Origin: Basidiobolus meristosporus CBS 931.73
Taxonomy: Eukaryota; Fungi; Basidiobolomycota
Direction: 5' to 3'
Length of the DNA: 64,000 nucleotides
Assembly: GCA_002104905.1 (NCBI GenBank)
Contig: MCFE01000186.1
Location: forward strand, 74,147 to 138,146
The notes below the pieces were generated by a model. That model made no database searches, was not told the origin of the DNA, and was given only the letters and a program-made list of their open reading frames with translations. Shown here in pieces: positions 35,495 to 47,693 of this stretch; position 1 is the stretch's first letter, and each line of letters starts with the position of its first letter. A program made the position numbers and the translations under genes.

Positions 35495-36406
35495 TTAGGA
35501 AGATTGTGAGTATACGTCCCACCACAGCCAATACAGGTCATCAAATGGTCCAGGCTCTTTGTCGCTCTGCAAGTGGACATCCCAAGGCTTTTCCAAAATA
35601 TAGTGGATATTCTTGATTTCGTTGATATCCCACATTCTACTGTGGCAAAACTTCATTGGCTTTAGTGCGTTGTAGACGTAGGACAGCGGGGCCCAGCGAT
35701 GCTGGAAAACGTCATTCAGAAAGTCCTGGTCTGGAAACAGGTATTGATTGAGGTTTGGGATCTTTCGAAGCTTCGCCACCATCTTTGTAAATAGATCGGG
35801 TGAGGGTATCAGCACCATCAGGCCGGAGTTGAAGTAATCATTGCGATTGCACGTTTTCGGATCGATCGACCCTGAGTTTTCCAGAATGGTGTGAGCGCAG
35901 TTGGACGGCTTCCTTTGGGAGTGTTAGTATTGTTGGCTGGCTGCTACAGAAGAGCCGTAGGCTTACCAGTGCTTTGGGTAGTGCGAGAGCTCCAACGGAT
36001 TGCATCGGCAAGCGTTTACAGCGGCCATCTGGTAATCGGAGCTGTCGACTGCATCGAATAACTCGTCCATGTTCCTCAATACCAGCATATCTGCATCCAA
36101 GAAAGTTACCTTTTCGAATTCGCTAAGAGACCAAACTTGTAGTTTGGTCCAAGTGTCGGAGTACCGCTCCCATAGGTAGTTGACCTTTTGGCCTGGGTTT
36201 GGATTGATAAACTCTACTTCACGTGTTATGCATCCTTCCCGAGACAACGTGCCCAAGCATTTGGGTGAGACGGTGGATGTATGGATCACAACTAATGGGT
36301 ACATGGTATTGACCATTCGAAGGGAGCGTGCTAATACTCTGACACCATCCAGAAACTCATCACGGGTAAGAAGGGTTACCCAGGCGTAAGAAGTGGAAAA
36401 AAGCAT
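35495..36406 (-). CDS. Glycosyltransferase family 8 (glycogenin/galactinol-synthase-like), 285 aa; exons 36406-35967 and 35912-35495
   Basis: AWVTLLT, WTKLQVWSL.EFEKV.FLDADMLV, YFNSGLMV, DQDFLN, IHYILEKPW; 54-bp intron GTAAG...TACTAAC...AG restores HW-KPSNC. Confidence 0.93.
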
Positions 36407-37584
36407 GGTTTGGCTGAAGAGCTGATCCTGACCATTCTGCCATCGGCTTGGCTGTCTTTTTAAAGAACAATACCATCCTATAGCCTAGCTGAAATACCAA
36501 CCGAATAATGTTGAAGCGAGTGATGTGTCTTAATCGATAGGCTCTGGGCGTCCGGATCATATCAGTAGCTAATAAACATACAATTAATATAAAGGGCTAA
36601 CGGGGTATGTGGTGGGATCAGAGAGAAGCCAATTCAATCGCATGAATCTCACAAACAGATGGACTTTGACTGGTCCGCAAATGGGACAGCAGATTGTAGA
36701 GATTGTAATATTGATTGAGGTGTTGATTATGCATTTCCAAGGGCTTCGAGCCATTCAAATAAGTCTGCAGGTGCGAGAACACTTGGCCCTATTCAAGGTT
36801 CCGCATATACCAACAGCCGCCCCTATGCCCGGTTATTGGCTATGTGTAACAAAACGAGACATTTGTTTAAGAGTCTGTTTCTCTGTTGTGCCCGTATGCA
36901 AATAGTACTGCACTTTGTCACAACTAGCTTGATCATTGCATAAACCAGGGGAAGTGACCAGGATTTGATCGGATTTCTGCCTAATAGGCAATCAACTTGA
37001 GGTTCCATTATTATTTGGGATGCACTATATTCGGTCTTCTTTACACACAAGAGTCCATCCCGTCTAGGATACAAAACGAGGCGGGTCTCAAACCACATTG
37101 AGATCCCTTAAAACCCAGTTAACCGTCTCATAAATCTGAGTTTTCTTATTAAACATCCCCTGATTCCAGAACATCCCACTATAGATATCAATGATAGCAA
37201 ACTGGCGTTTTTTGGCTATGTAAAGAGCTATCTCGCATCTTGATGGCAGCTCTTCATGGGTGATCCTTCACATGTCTCAGCTCTGGTCAACAGGTGTATT
37301 TCATTTATTGCGATGAGCTTTCGCTCACGTGAGTGGCTTCGTCGATTGGCTCTCTTATCGGGATCAGGAATGGACTCAGCTGTTAAAGGAAGTCGACCAT
37401 TCATTCCTGTATTGTCATTTACTTGTCATTAATCTCCATGGAGTTTCAAGTCAGCCTTTCTGTGATTGTAGGATACATTTACACCACCACACTACTTGAA
37501 ATATACCGCATGAAAAAGGATGATCTACACTTTCTTAATTCCTTTACTTATAAATTTATTGCAAATTTACAAACTCACTAGATA

Positions 37585-40500
37585 TTAGATGGCCCGGGAA
37601 TCGTTACGTAAATGGCTTCTGGGCTCAGGAATACTTGCAGGTGCGATGTTGAAATCTTCCCGAGCTCCGGCGTTTTCGAAACCGTGATTCATTTGCTCGT
37701 GATGTATTTTGTTCTTTAGACTGATGTTCTGCTCTCCGTTATCTGCGTAAAGACCGTCCTCAACGTCAGGGAAAGAGCCAGGCATTTTCTGCGTATCGTG
37801 TTGCTGAGGTTTGCTCTTCTTGGCACTCCTTAGACTGTTGTCAAGGAAATTCCCACTAGGGACCAAAGTAGGCTGACGGGCATCGTTTTCGGCTTCGACA
37901 TCAGCGATGTGTTGTGCCTCAACACTTGGCATATGATCGTTGTGTAGATTGCCGGTATTTGGAAGATTTGCTAAGGGATGACTTCCAGTAACATGAGTCC
38001 TAAGGCCTTCTTGTGAGAGACCGTCATTACCGGGTGTGTAGTTTGAGCTGAAGGGATTGTTAGATCCGCTGGATGATTGATGAGTACTTTGAGGAACAAT
38101 AAATGCGGAAGCTTCGTGACTTGGGTGGTCGGGAAGTTCATATGTGAATGAATCCCTGGCAATTGCATCATTGGAGAAATCGGAATCATTACTCTGAAGT
38201 GCTCTGGGCTTTTCATCCAAGTTACTGAACTTGTCGTGGGTTAAAGGGTTCGCAGTTCGTTGGCTGCCTTCAAATAAAGGTACTGCGCCAACAGTCGAGA
38301 GCTGCTCTCCACTGTGTGGAGCATCAACACCAGATATGAATTGGTTGTCCTTCAATGGTGTGTTATCAGGCGTACCGTGAATTTCTTCCATTAAGGGTGC
38401 CGCACCAACCGCTGTGTACTCATTGCTTCGTGGTGTGTTATCAGTCTCACCTTGAAGACCACTCAGAAATAATGGCGTTGCGCCAACTGTGGAGGTCATA
38501 TTTCCGCTGGGTGGAATTTGACTATTAGCGGAGAATTGGCTCCCGTTAGGTGATGTGCTATCAGCCATGTCCCGAATACCGCCCATATGTAGAGGTGTCA
38601 CATCGGCATCTGTGCTGTCATTTCGTGGTACACCAGCAAAAGTGTTTGCATTTTGTGTGTTACCTTCGAATACAGGTGTTTCACCGAAAGTAAGGGATTG
38701 ATTTTCACCGCTTGGTTCACCTGATACTTGCCCCGGAGCAACACCAAACAATGGTACCGCGCCAGTAGCAAGCTGGTGCTTGTCATTTCGAGGTAAATCA
38801 CCAGATACACCTTGAAGGCCATCCTCAGATGCTGGTACTATATCATCATTATGGTACCGGCTTTCACTGAATGGATCATGGTTAATACCTGTGACTTGAT
38901 TGCCACCGAATTGTGTAATATCTGGTGTATCCCTAATGCCGCCAGTATGTAAAGGTGCCGCACCAATTGCTGAGTATTGATTGTCATTTCGTGACAGGTC
39001 ATCAGCCACACCGCGAAGGCCATCTTCGGATGCTGGTTCTGTACCATCCGTATGGTACTGACTCCCACCGAGTGGAGCATTGCTAACACCTGAGGCTTGG
39101 CTACCACTAAATTGTGTGTTCTCTGGTATACCCCTAATGCCGTCAGCATACAAAGGTACTGCACCAATGGCTGAGTGTTGATTGTCATTTCTTGGTAAAT
39201 CACCAGCCACACCACGAAGGCCATCTTCAGACGCTGGTACAACATCATCATTATGGTACCGGCTTCCACTGAATGGGTCATTGTTAATACCTGAGGCTTG
39301 ATGACCGCCAAGCTGTGTATTGTCTGGTGTACTCCTAATGTCACCAATAGTTGTATTCTGATTGGCATTTTTTGGTGCACCATCGTGAGTATTTCTGAGG
39401 CCGCCTTCGAACGGAGGCGCAATACCAACAGCTACGTGCCTATTGCCAGCTACATTATGCAGACCACCCTCATACATAGGTGCCACACCTACAAATCGCT
39501 GATTGCCAACTGCCTGGTCAGCAAAGTTTTCATCGGCCGGAGCGGGGCCAACAGGATTTGCATCACGGCCAAGTTGCGAATCACCAGGCAACTCTTGATC
39601 CAGTCTTCCTGACCCTTCAAGAGAATTCAGGCCTGCATAGGCGCCTGGAACAGCGTTGAAGCTGGTGGTGTGCTGATTTGAGGGTTCAGTTGATTGTGGG
39701 AAATTTGCAGATTCCACCGGTGCGTTTTTGTCACGATGTTGGTGATTTAGTGCATTTATGCCTTCGCCTAACACAACGCCGGTAGCAATGCCCGCACCAG
39801 ACTTCAATCCACGGTTTGCTTGATCGGGATTGCGAAGAGTATCGGCATTGTTAGCGTTTAGCGATTGCGGTTCAGTTCTGGCATTCGGTTGTTGATGTTG
39901 CTGAATAGTAGACTCATATGACCCACCAGTAACTGTTTCAGGCGCAGCTCTGGTCGGCATATTATTACCGTACTGTGCATTTTCCGAAGTCTCGCGGGCT
40001 ATGCTCTCCGAAGGATTCGCGGTACTTGGGCTTTGGCTATCGTTGAAGGTCACATGGTTTTGAGAAGAATCGATGGGCCCATCTCCCACATGTTGATGAA
40101 GGTTTCGGCGTAGCTTTTGGCTCAATGTAGAGCCAGTTGAGGATGCCGATTCCGTACGCTCCAATGGACCAGGGCGGGGGGTGGATTCACCATCATTTTC
40201 GGCTGCTGGCACGGTGGAGGGCAGATGCTTTGTGGGCACATGATGCTCATTGGGATCGATGGCATTGTTGTTAGATGTGGTGCTGGGGACGCTTGAGGTA
40301 GTTTGAGGCTGGTTGTAGGAATTAGGCCTATTCTCCAAATCATCACCGCGGATATTCCTTGCAGGACTATCATTGCTATCTAGATTCCTCCCTAGATTGG
40401 CCGCAGTATCTGGAGTACCTTTATAGCTTTCTTGCATTGGAGCCCTAGATGGCTCTTCGTTAAGATCGGGTCTTGGCTCAGGTACAGGTACTCTATCAAT

Positions 40501-40773
40501 GTCGGAGCCGTTCCTACGTGCTGATTGAATTGAATCAGTATTTCGAAGGTCTGGTTTAGCAGAGTTATCTAGGCTCCCTTCGCCTCTTGAGTGGTGTGGA
40601 TTCCTGTCTTGGACATCGTGGCTAGTGTGGCTCAAAGTATCATTGGTATCATTTTGGTCGGTAGCAGCGCCGGTGTACTGCTTTATGGTCTCCTTCAATG
40701 CGGTGAGATGTGGATGCTTATACTCCTCACTACTGATGGAGGTCACTTTGCTGCTTTTGATATTATTGGACAT
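37585..40773 (-). CDS. 1062-aa hydrophilic, predicted-disordered protein with three 67-aa tandem repeats
   Basis: Uninterrupted 3.2-kb ORF in CpG-normal DNA; rich in N, S, D, G and P; no Cys or Trp seen; TATA-like element about 90 bp upstream. Confidence 0.88.
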   Translation of the reverse strand: MSNNIKSSKVTSISSEEYKHPHLTALKETIKQYTGAATDQNDTNDTLSHTSHDVQDRNPHHSRGEGSLDNSAKPDLRNTDSIQSARRNGSDIDRVPVPEPRPDLNEEPSRAPMQESYKGTPDTAANLGRNLDSNDSPARNIRGDDLENRPNSYNQPQTTSSVPSTTSNNNAIDPNEHHVPTKHLPSTVPAAENDGESTPRPGPLERTESASSTGSTLSQKLRRNLHQHVGDGPIDSSQNHVTFNDSQSPSTANPSESIARETSENAQYGNNMPTRAAPETVTGGSYESTIQQHQQPNARTEPQSLNANNADTLRNPDQANRGLKSGAGIATGVVLGEGINALNHQHRDKNAPVESANFPQSTEPSNQHTTSFNAVPGAYAGLNSLEGSGRLDQELPGDSQLGRDANPVGPAPADENFADQAVGNQRFVGVAPMYEGGLHNVAGNRHVAVGIAPPFEGGLRNTHDGAPKNANQNTTIGDIRSTPDNTQLGGHQASGINNDPFSGSRYHNDDVVPASEDGLRGVAGDLPRNDNQHSAIGAVPLYADGIRGIPENTQFSGSQASGVSNAPLGGSQYHTDGTEPASEDGLRGVADDLSRNDNQYSAIGAAPLHTGGIRDTPDITQFGGNQVTGINHDPFSESRYHNDDIVPASEDGLQGVSGDLPRNDKHQLATGAVPLFGVAPGQVSGEPSGENQSLTFGETPVFEGNTQNANTFAGVPRNDSTDADVTPLHMGGIRDMADSTSPNGSQFSANSQIPPSGNMTSTVGATPLFLSGLQGETDNTPRSNEYTAVGAAPLMEEIHGTPDNTPLKDNQFISGVDAPHSGEQLSTVGAVPLFEGSQRTANPLTHDKFSNLDEKPRALQSNDSDFSNDAIARDSFTYELPDHPSHEASAFIVPQSTHQSSSGSNNPFSSNYTPGNDGLSQEGLRTHVTGSHPLANLPNTGNLHNDHMPSVEAQHIADVEAENDARQPTLVPSGNFLDNSLRSAKKSKPQQHDTQKMPGSFPDVEDGLYADNGEQNISLKNKIHHEQMNHGFENAGAREDFNIAPASIPEPRSHLRNDSRAI
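38740..39339 (-). repeat. Three coding tandem repeats, period 201 bp (67 aa)
   Basis: The ASEDG-encoding block recurs at 38820, 39021 and 39222. Confidence 0.9.
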
Positions 40774-42199
40774 CTTTCACAGTAATAAACAGGGCGAGAT
40801 ACCAGAAAGTCAGTGCTAAATATACAACGTTATTGATGAAGTTGCCGGGTGTAAGTATGCTGTTTATATAGAGCTATCGGAGAATCCATCCTACCGAAAC
40901 CCAACTTCTATGAGCTGGCATGGAATTAGTATTGGGATTTTTGGGCCATCTGTTGCGTGCATGTAGTAATGAAACATTAGCGGTCTACTCGTCACCAGGC
41001 CTATATGCGGAATTTTAGCGACATCTCAGCTAGGCATTCCCTCATCGTGACGTTTTCGGAACTCAGCAGTAATCTGTAAGCAGGCCATTTGTTTATTTTC
41101 AGACACATTCACGTAACTCAATTGAACCTGTAGAGTCACATGAATTAATTTATTCTGACATGGCTGATCGATTTCATAATGCCTATGTGAGAGATGCCTT
41201 ATTTTGTCCTGAGGATGACATACTCCGATGTCCAGTCACCCCAAGCACCTGGATGGCCCTTCGTGGCAATCTCCCTGGAGCACTTTTAAGCATCCCACCT
41301 CCGCTTAGTTTAGAATAGCTGATTAATGTAGACGAATCATAGGGCAGTCTTGATCCGTGCCGGAGCGTTTGCATGATGAATCAACTGGTTGTCAAGGCAA
41401 ATTCCTAGGCTATCGCCAAATGTACAGTATAAAGGGTCATGTGATCCAAGATGGATTGGATTGGTGCCAAATTGGCAACGTAATGGCTATACGGATCGTG
41501 GAAACTCCAACAGCGAAGAGATAGATGTATCATCGCTATGATTGAAATTGTCTTGGACTAGTTGTATCGTTACACGCACCGCCTCCACGATCAACTACGA
41601 TTGATTTTAAAGAATGACCTCAGCTTGATGGATTAGTGCTAAATCACATGATATTTATACCATGTTCACTTTCATTACAGATGCAACATTCTGAGATATT
41701 GGCCCAAGTGGAGAACATCCGGTTTGAAGCACAGGGTTCACCCCAGCCTGGCTGATGCTTGTTGGATTTTGTGGTGATTCACTCTGCTGTAAGCCTCAAA
41801 TGTTGGAGCTCAGTATTCCTTGGCCCAACAAACTCGGCGCATACAATCGAGAATTGGAACTCGATACCACCCCCTTTTAAGCTATTTCTCTTCAGTCGCA
41901 AGGATAACAATTACTTTCCAAACCCGAAGCATACATGCTTAATGAATTTCTTCCTATTGTAAGTCCAACAAATAGTTCGAAGCCTTCATAGCTCCAGCCA
42001 TATCAACGTGTGCTCACTTACCAACATTCGATGTCAATTACTAACGATAGGAAGCATTGGGTCTAACCACTCCTGTGTTGCGGTAACACTTTTTGAAGGC
42101 TATCCTGCCATATATAATTGGTGAAAATGGCGATAGGAGTATTTATAAGGGGTGGTTTTTACTTTGTGATTAACCGAGTGTACCATCAGAAAAAGATAA

Positions 42200-42510
42200 A
42201 CAAAAGGCCAGCAGAATACCATTATAATATCAGCTAAATTCCAAGGTTCTCTAAACTTACAACTCTCAGTATCTCAGGTTCTAGCTATTTGGCAGACAAG
42301 CAGACATATATTCTAGGAGGCTAGGCCAAATAGCATTTATACCAAATTTGGTAATAAGCTAACTTCTACTCCCACTAAGAATTGCAACTAAAAACTTGAA
42401 AGAAGAACACCCTCTGAATGCCAGCAAAATACCGTTAGAATACCATTAGAATACCTGCAGATTATCAGATGAATTCCAAGTTTGGGATTTTTCATAGGGA
42501 TTGAATAGCA
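42200..42510 (+). repeat. Family Y dispersed repeat within a CpG-poor island (about 42200-43850); partial copy at 43420-43510
   Basis: Aligns with 6015-6320. Boundaries approximate. Confidence 0.7.
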
Positions 42511-45500
42511 TGTTTAATCATTTAAGGGAACTTTGTAACTAGCACAATTGGTCTACAATGGTGCCAGGAAGCTTCCTACAATGTTCGAAGTTTTTGGAAA
42601 GAAAGTGTGGAATACTATACAAGCTAATTCTAAAGAAATAAGCATGAATTTTTGGCTCAGCACAATGTTTGTACCTGTAAATTATCAGTATAATAACTAG
42701 TTGCTGGCCGCACATTTTGTAATCTATAATAATTCCTAGAAAGCTTACAAAACCCTTAGGAGGGGCAAATTTCTGGATGCAAGCACTTGATCTTTTAGCT
42801 ACACCTAAATATCAACCTAACTTAGTCACTTAGATTATTACTACAAATCTAGAGAGTTCTGGCCAAATTCCTTATTGGTACTTGGAATATTTTCACCAAA
42901 ACATTGGATACCCGGAACATATATATCTCAAAGCTGTCCAAGCTGCCTCAAGCTCTGTGCACATGCTTTTGGGATCTTTCTAAGCATATTCTATGTCTAT
43001 ATTTTGCCAGGCCATGTAAAAGTACATATACTACTTTAACATTCAATAAATCATTAAGTGAAAACCCCATAATTTCCCTGTTCTCTCATTCACTTCCAAT
43101 ATCTCCAAAGCTCTTACAACCTATATTTGTATTACAGTATCATGTACACACTTCCCTATCAGCAATTTCAGAATTGAACTTTGCTTGTATTTTCCAATAC
43201 CATTCAGTCACTTAAATAATCTTGTGATGATTTTCCACCATATTTATAGCCATAAATTTTGCTATGCAGTATTGTACATGATTATGAGCCCTGACCCTAA
43301 TTTATAAATAGTTATAGACTTAACTCAGGTTGAATTTCTGCTGAGCTTTGCATGAAATTTGATACAGTCATTAGTAGCTTATGATAGCAATATATATGCC
43401 CTAAGAGAAAGAATTAACAAAAGGCCAGCAGAACTATGTCATACTATCAGCTGAATTCCAAGTTTTGCAAAATTGACAATTGACGAGTTTTTTGATAGGT
43501 ATTTAAATAGCTGAAGCAAACATTATTAGGCCTTGGCATAGAGGAATACAAAAGATGTGACTGGTACTGTCGGAAGAGATGCAAGACAATACAATACAAT
43601 GTTCATCAATTAATCCACTTCCTCCATGATATCAACCCGCTACAGCCCTAAAATGATTCTTTGAAGCTTTGCAAGTAGAAGGGCAGATAATTTTGCATAA
43701 TGCACTTACTGCTCACAATACCTTTGGCTACTATATTAGGCAAAAGTGCATTACCATAATGAATGCATATGATGCTTAACTTAGAGCCTTATATACAATA
43801 TTCAAGATTGTAAGTGATATGGAATAAAATAACTTAGGGCCTCCAGGATTGCGCTGAGCGGGTGTAGTTTCCATATCTTGAAAATTTAGCAATTCATTCA
43901 TGGAAGAATCCGCAAGAATCTTAGCAGTAAAAAGATCCAGAATTGGTTAGTCGTGGTGCGCATGTCTATCCTAACCTAATGTGGATATTCACATATGTTA
44001 CATCAATATACAACCCATAGACAAAGCCAAGTCTCTTCTCCATGTGCATGCAAAATTTGTAATCACTTGGACAGAACCGAGAATGCACAGTGGTTGTGCG
44101 CTTATTTCAGAACAACCTCAGAAACTTCTAATCACCTTGCATATCCAAAAAGTAAGAGCAAGATGTCCAGTTAATATGGACCCTTCGGGTCGATTAGGTC
44201 AAATCTATATGAATCCATATGGTAGGCTAAGATCAATACACCGCTTGTTTGAAATGAAAAGCACGCTTATGCATTCCGCTGTGGAATGGTGTACGCAAAT
44301 GAAGCTAATCAAATGGTGATAACCAAAGATTCTAAGGACTGAGCTTGGCGTAATTTGGAAATGGCGTAAGCAGTACTTGGCAACCTGGTAATACCCACAT
44401 CTCGTAGGCCGTGCTGTACACTGCATATGTGACCAAACACAAACCCAGCTGACAGACTGAAAACGAAGTCATGACAGGTATAAGTGGTTTCGGAGACTGC
44501 AGCCAGCATCCAAGTGCATGCGAATCATCAGGAGAATATTACAATGCTGCAAACTACAAAGTTGAGTCTCACCAGAACCAATTTCGCATGCTGACATAAG
44601 ATCTTGGTGGAAGACTGGCCAGCCTTGGATTCTCTAGTATCTGGAAGATACTGCTCAATACCTAAAAGTATTACCGTACGTGTGTTCCACGATAAGACTA
44701 ACTATGGAATCGTGAACCACGACCACTTTGGCACTAATTATTTGTAACCCAAGTGAGTGCACAAGGAAATATTTCCGTATCGCTCCATAAGACCAAGATA
44801 CCTTCTTTGTCAGCCCACACACCTGACCCAAAAATAGCGATTCCACACGAAATGATCTATATCAATCTGGAACTGTATACTCAATCCACGTTAAGGCAGA
44901 AAACCTAAAGCAATATCCTAAGCCACTCAATTCAGCGCAACCATCCCATGTCCCTATTTCAGCTTTCGAAGACTTTCCGAATCGACCTCCTCTTCCGGAC
45001 TCTCCTGTCAGGTGGCGGCCGGGTGGCATCCCTTTGTTTCTTTCCACTGGCGTCGATTTCATTTGTCAGCGACCCTTCAGTTCTACTGACGGATGAAATG
45101 ACGCTACCAATCTATAGGCGCATTCACGAACGAGAAGGTGGCTGCTCACTTGACTTAATCCCACACCACAAACAATAGTCCAGGTGCCCTTGGACATGCA
45201 CAAAGTGTCAATGGACGTCGTACCCGCTTGGTGATGCTTGATACAACTATTTGAGTACTATGCCTCACATACTTTGGGCTAAGGTTGCGAATGAAATGGT
45301 GCAGATGATATTCGCCTCGAAAGATCTCAACGTTCTGCGTGTATACAATACCCTTAGGATCGCAGCAGGAACAAACAGATACCCTCACTGTGACTCAACA
45401 ACTCTATGAGAGTAATCCACTGTAGCCGTATTCAGGCTGGCAATATCTCCGTTGTGGCCGGTTGACATTCTATCAGCGATTGACTTCATCTCATGAATTA

Positions 45501-47693
45501 GCGGTCGTGGAGCCCTCGTTAAGCTCACCAGAAGGCGGGAAACAACACTCATAGCGGCATAGCAACACGCGGAAGCATATTTGAAATGGCTCTGATCGGA
45601 TAAGGCATTTTGTACGTGTATCACATCGGCACACGCTTGACATGCAAAAAATGAAAACACCAGGTGTAGCATTTTGCCATGGGATGAACCAGCATCGAGA
45701 GATTGGGAACCTGGAGTCCGTACTCTCATAGAAGATTCCCAAATGGTGAATGAACATACGTGAGATTTCAAGGGTTACCAATGTCGCAGTATTACAATAT
45801 AACTAGTGGAACTAGAATCATTGGAGCTACTCATTTTCCTAGGATACATCCCAGTGACTCCGATTTAATCTCCGAGAGCGATCATAACTAAAAGAGGGAT
45901 GTCATTCTGGGCAACGTATCGTCAACTGCGCTGGCGGTGCAAGCCAATCATGGCGGGCCTCACTCCCTCGACGTGAGTGGATGGATTCTGTAGCACGTTG
46001 TCATACATTAAAGTAGGCATCCTCATTGGGGAATCCCTTCACACCTCGCGGCCGCTCTGTAATTTGTCTGGGAGCAGCGTTTGGGATCTAGACCTAGAGG
46101 AGTGGTGACCACTGGCCAGAATGCAGCCAAGGAATTGCTTGACGCGAGCCTGGTGAACGAAGCGTACGCTGAATCGGAGTAATCTGCGGAGAGCCTTGGG
46201 GCTCCCTTGGTGGCCTACAATAGAAGTATCCGGTATGGCTGTCAAATAGGATATAGTAGGCAATGCTGGGCTAGATGCTGCTGAGATTACCATTATAGTA
46301 ATGGCAATCCTCACATTCGATAATATTCGGTACCATCGGGTGGATCTTCAGCACCATTCATATTACCGGTTCCAAACTTTCCCAAGAAGATGAGTCAACT
46401 CAGGCAGCCTTCGAATCGGCGCGGCTATAGATTACGATGTAGTCTGTATGGCTGCGAGATGTGGTGCGCTATCTGTTCAGCATCAGATGATTAGTCTCCA
46501 GGTAATCATGATTTCATGTCATGTGGGAAACGTATCCTAGAAGTGGACGTCCATTGTGATTATCAGCGAAGGGATCCCGTCTGCAGTTGGCAAGCAATCA
46601 ACCAGTACAAAGCCGTGCCAAGCAAGTGATGGCTGGATCGAAGATCACGGATATCATCTGCGAATTTCCAAACTTCGAAGCTTAACCCCAAGCCATTGTG
46701 CATCGGTGCGCTGGCGCCAGGCATGCATTCTGATGAGCGGTACATGGCGGAGTGCTCTAGAGTTTGCCTTCGTTTCTGCTGAATATTGATGAGCAGTGGC
46801 ACAGTACCACCCTTATGTTTGGCTGTGAAGATTCGGCGGATCTAGTGGGTCAGCGAATTTATCTCTGCGCTCTCATCCCCCTGAGAATGGAGCGGTACCA
46901 CAGAACTCAATTAGCAAAACACGAACCCACCACATAGCATCACCGGAATTCACACCTCAACTGAGGTCATGGTTTGGCACCCCATTCTGCAATCTCTGTC
47001 GGCTGCGTGGTCGGCCTGCAACCGCCACTCATTAATAGAATAGAGTTGTATAGCTTCTCCAGCGGAGATCTATATTTGGACATCTCTTGGAGATAAAGCG
47101 TGGTCACATTCGATATGGTGATCCTGATCAGGTCGGATGGAATCCTACCCAGCCCATGTCGGACACGGTCGAAAACCGTCTTGGCTGCCAGGTATTTCTG
47201 GTTCGCGGCTATATTGGGCGAAATTACCCTGGAGTCCAATGTAACATCCCACAATGAATCAGGAATTGGCCGACGTCTTCATGGCCACAGCTACCCAACT
47301 GAGCGATCAATTTGGGATTTCGAGAGCAGTCTTGTGCCAAATGAGAAGGTGCTGGAGCTCTGATCCGCTCAGTTACTTTTTGTGGTGATTCTTGAATGCT
47401 TTATCCCACACAACAACACTCCACCGTTGCGAGCCAATGGGATCCAGCGAATGTTATTCCCTTTCTCTCCCTCCTCCAGCAGCTCACGGACCCCTCAGCC
47501 AGACAATTTACTTTAAATGGCGTGGGCCGCGTTCTGAAGTCCTCAGATAAATCGCCCCTCCAGTACAACACATCTTGAAATATTTTCCTTGGAGCGTGAA
47601 CACATCGTTTTATCCGCGCTTTGAATATTAGCGAGTACTCCATACACATCACCACCAAGTCATTCTATCTCCACCCACATATAGATATACAAC

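Noticed and set aside
38740-39339. 201-bp periodic repeat considered as a CRISPR-like or satellite array
   Set aside because: In-frame coding repeats with no repeat-spacer structure and no cas genes; eukaryotic context.
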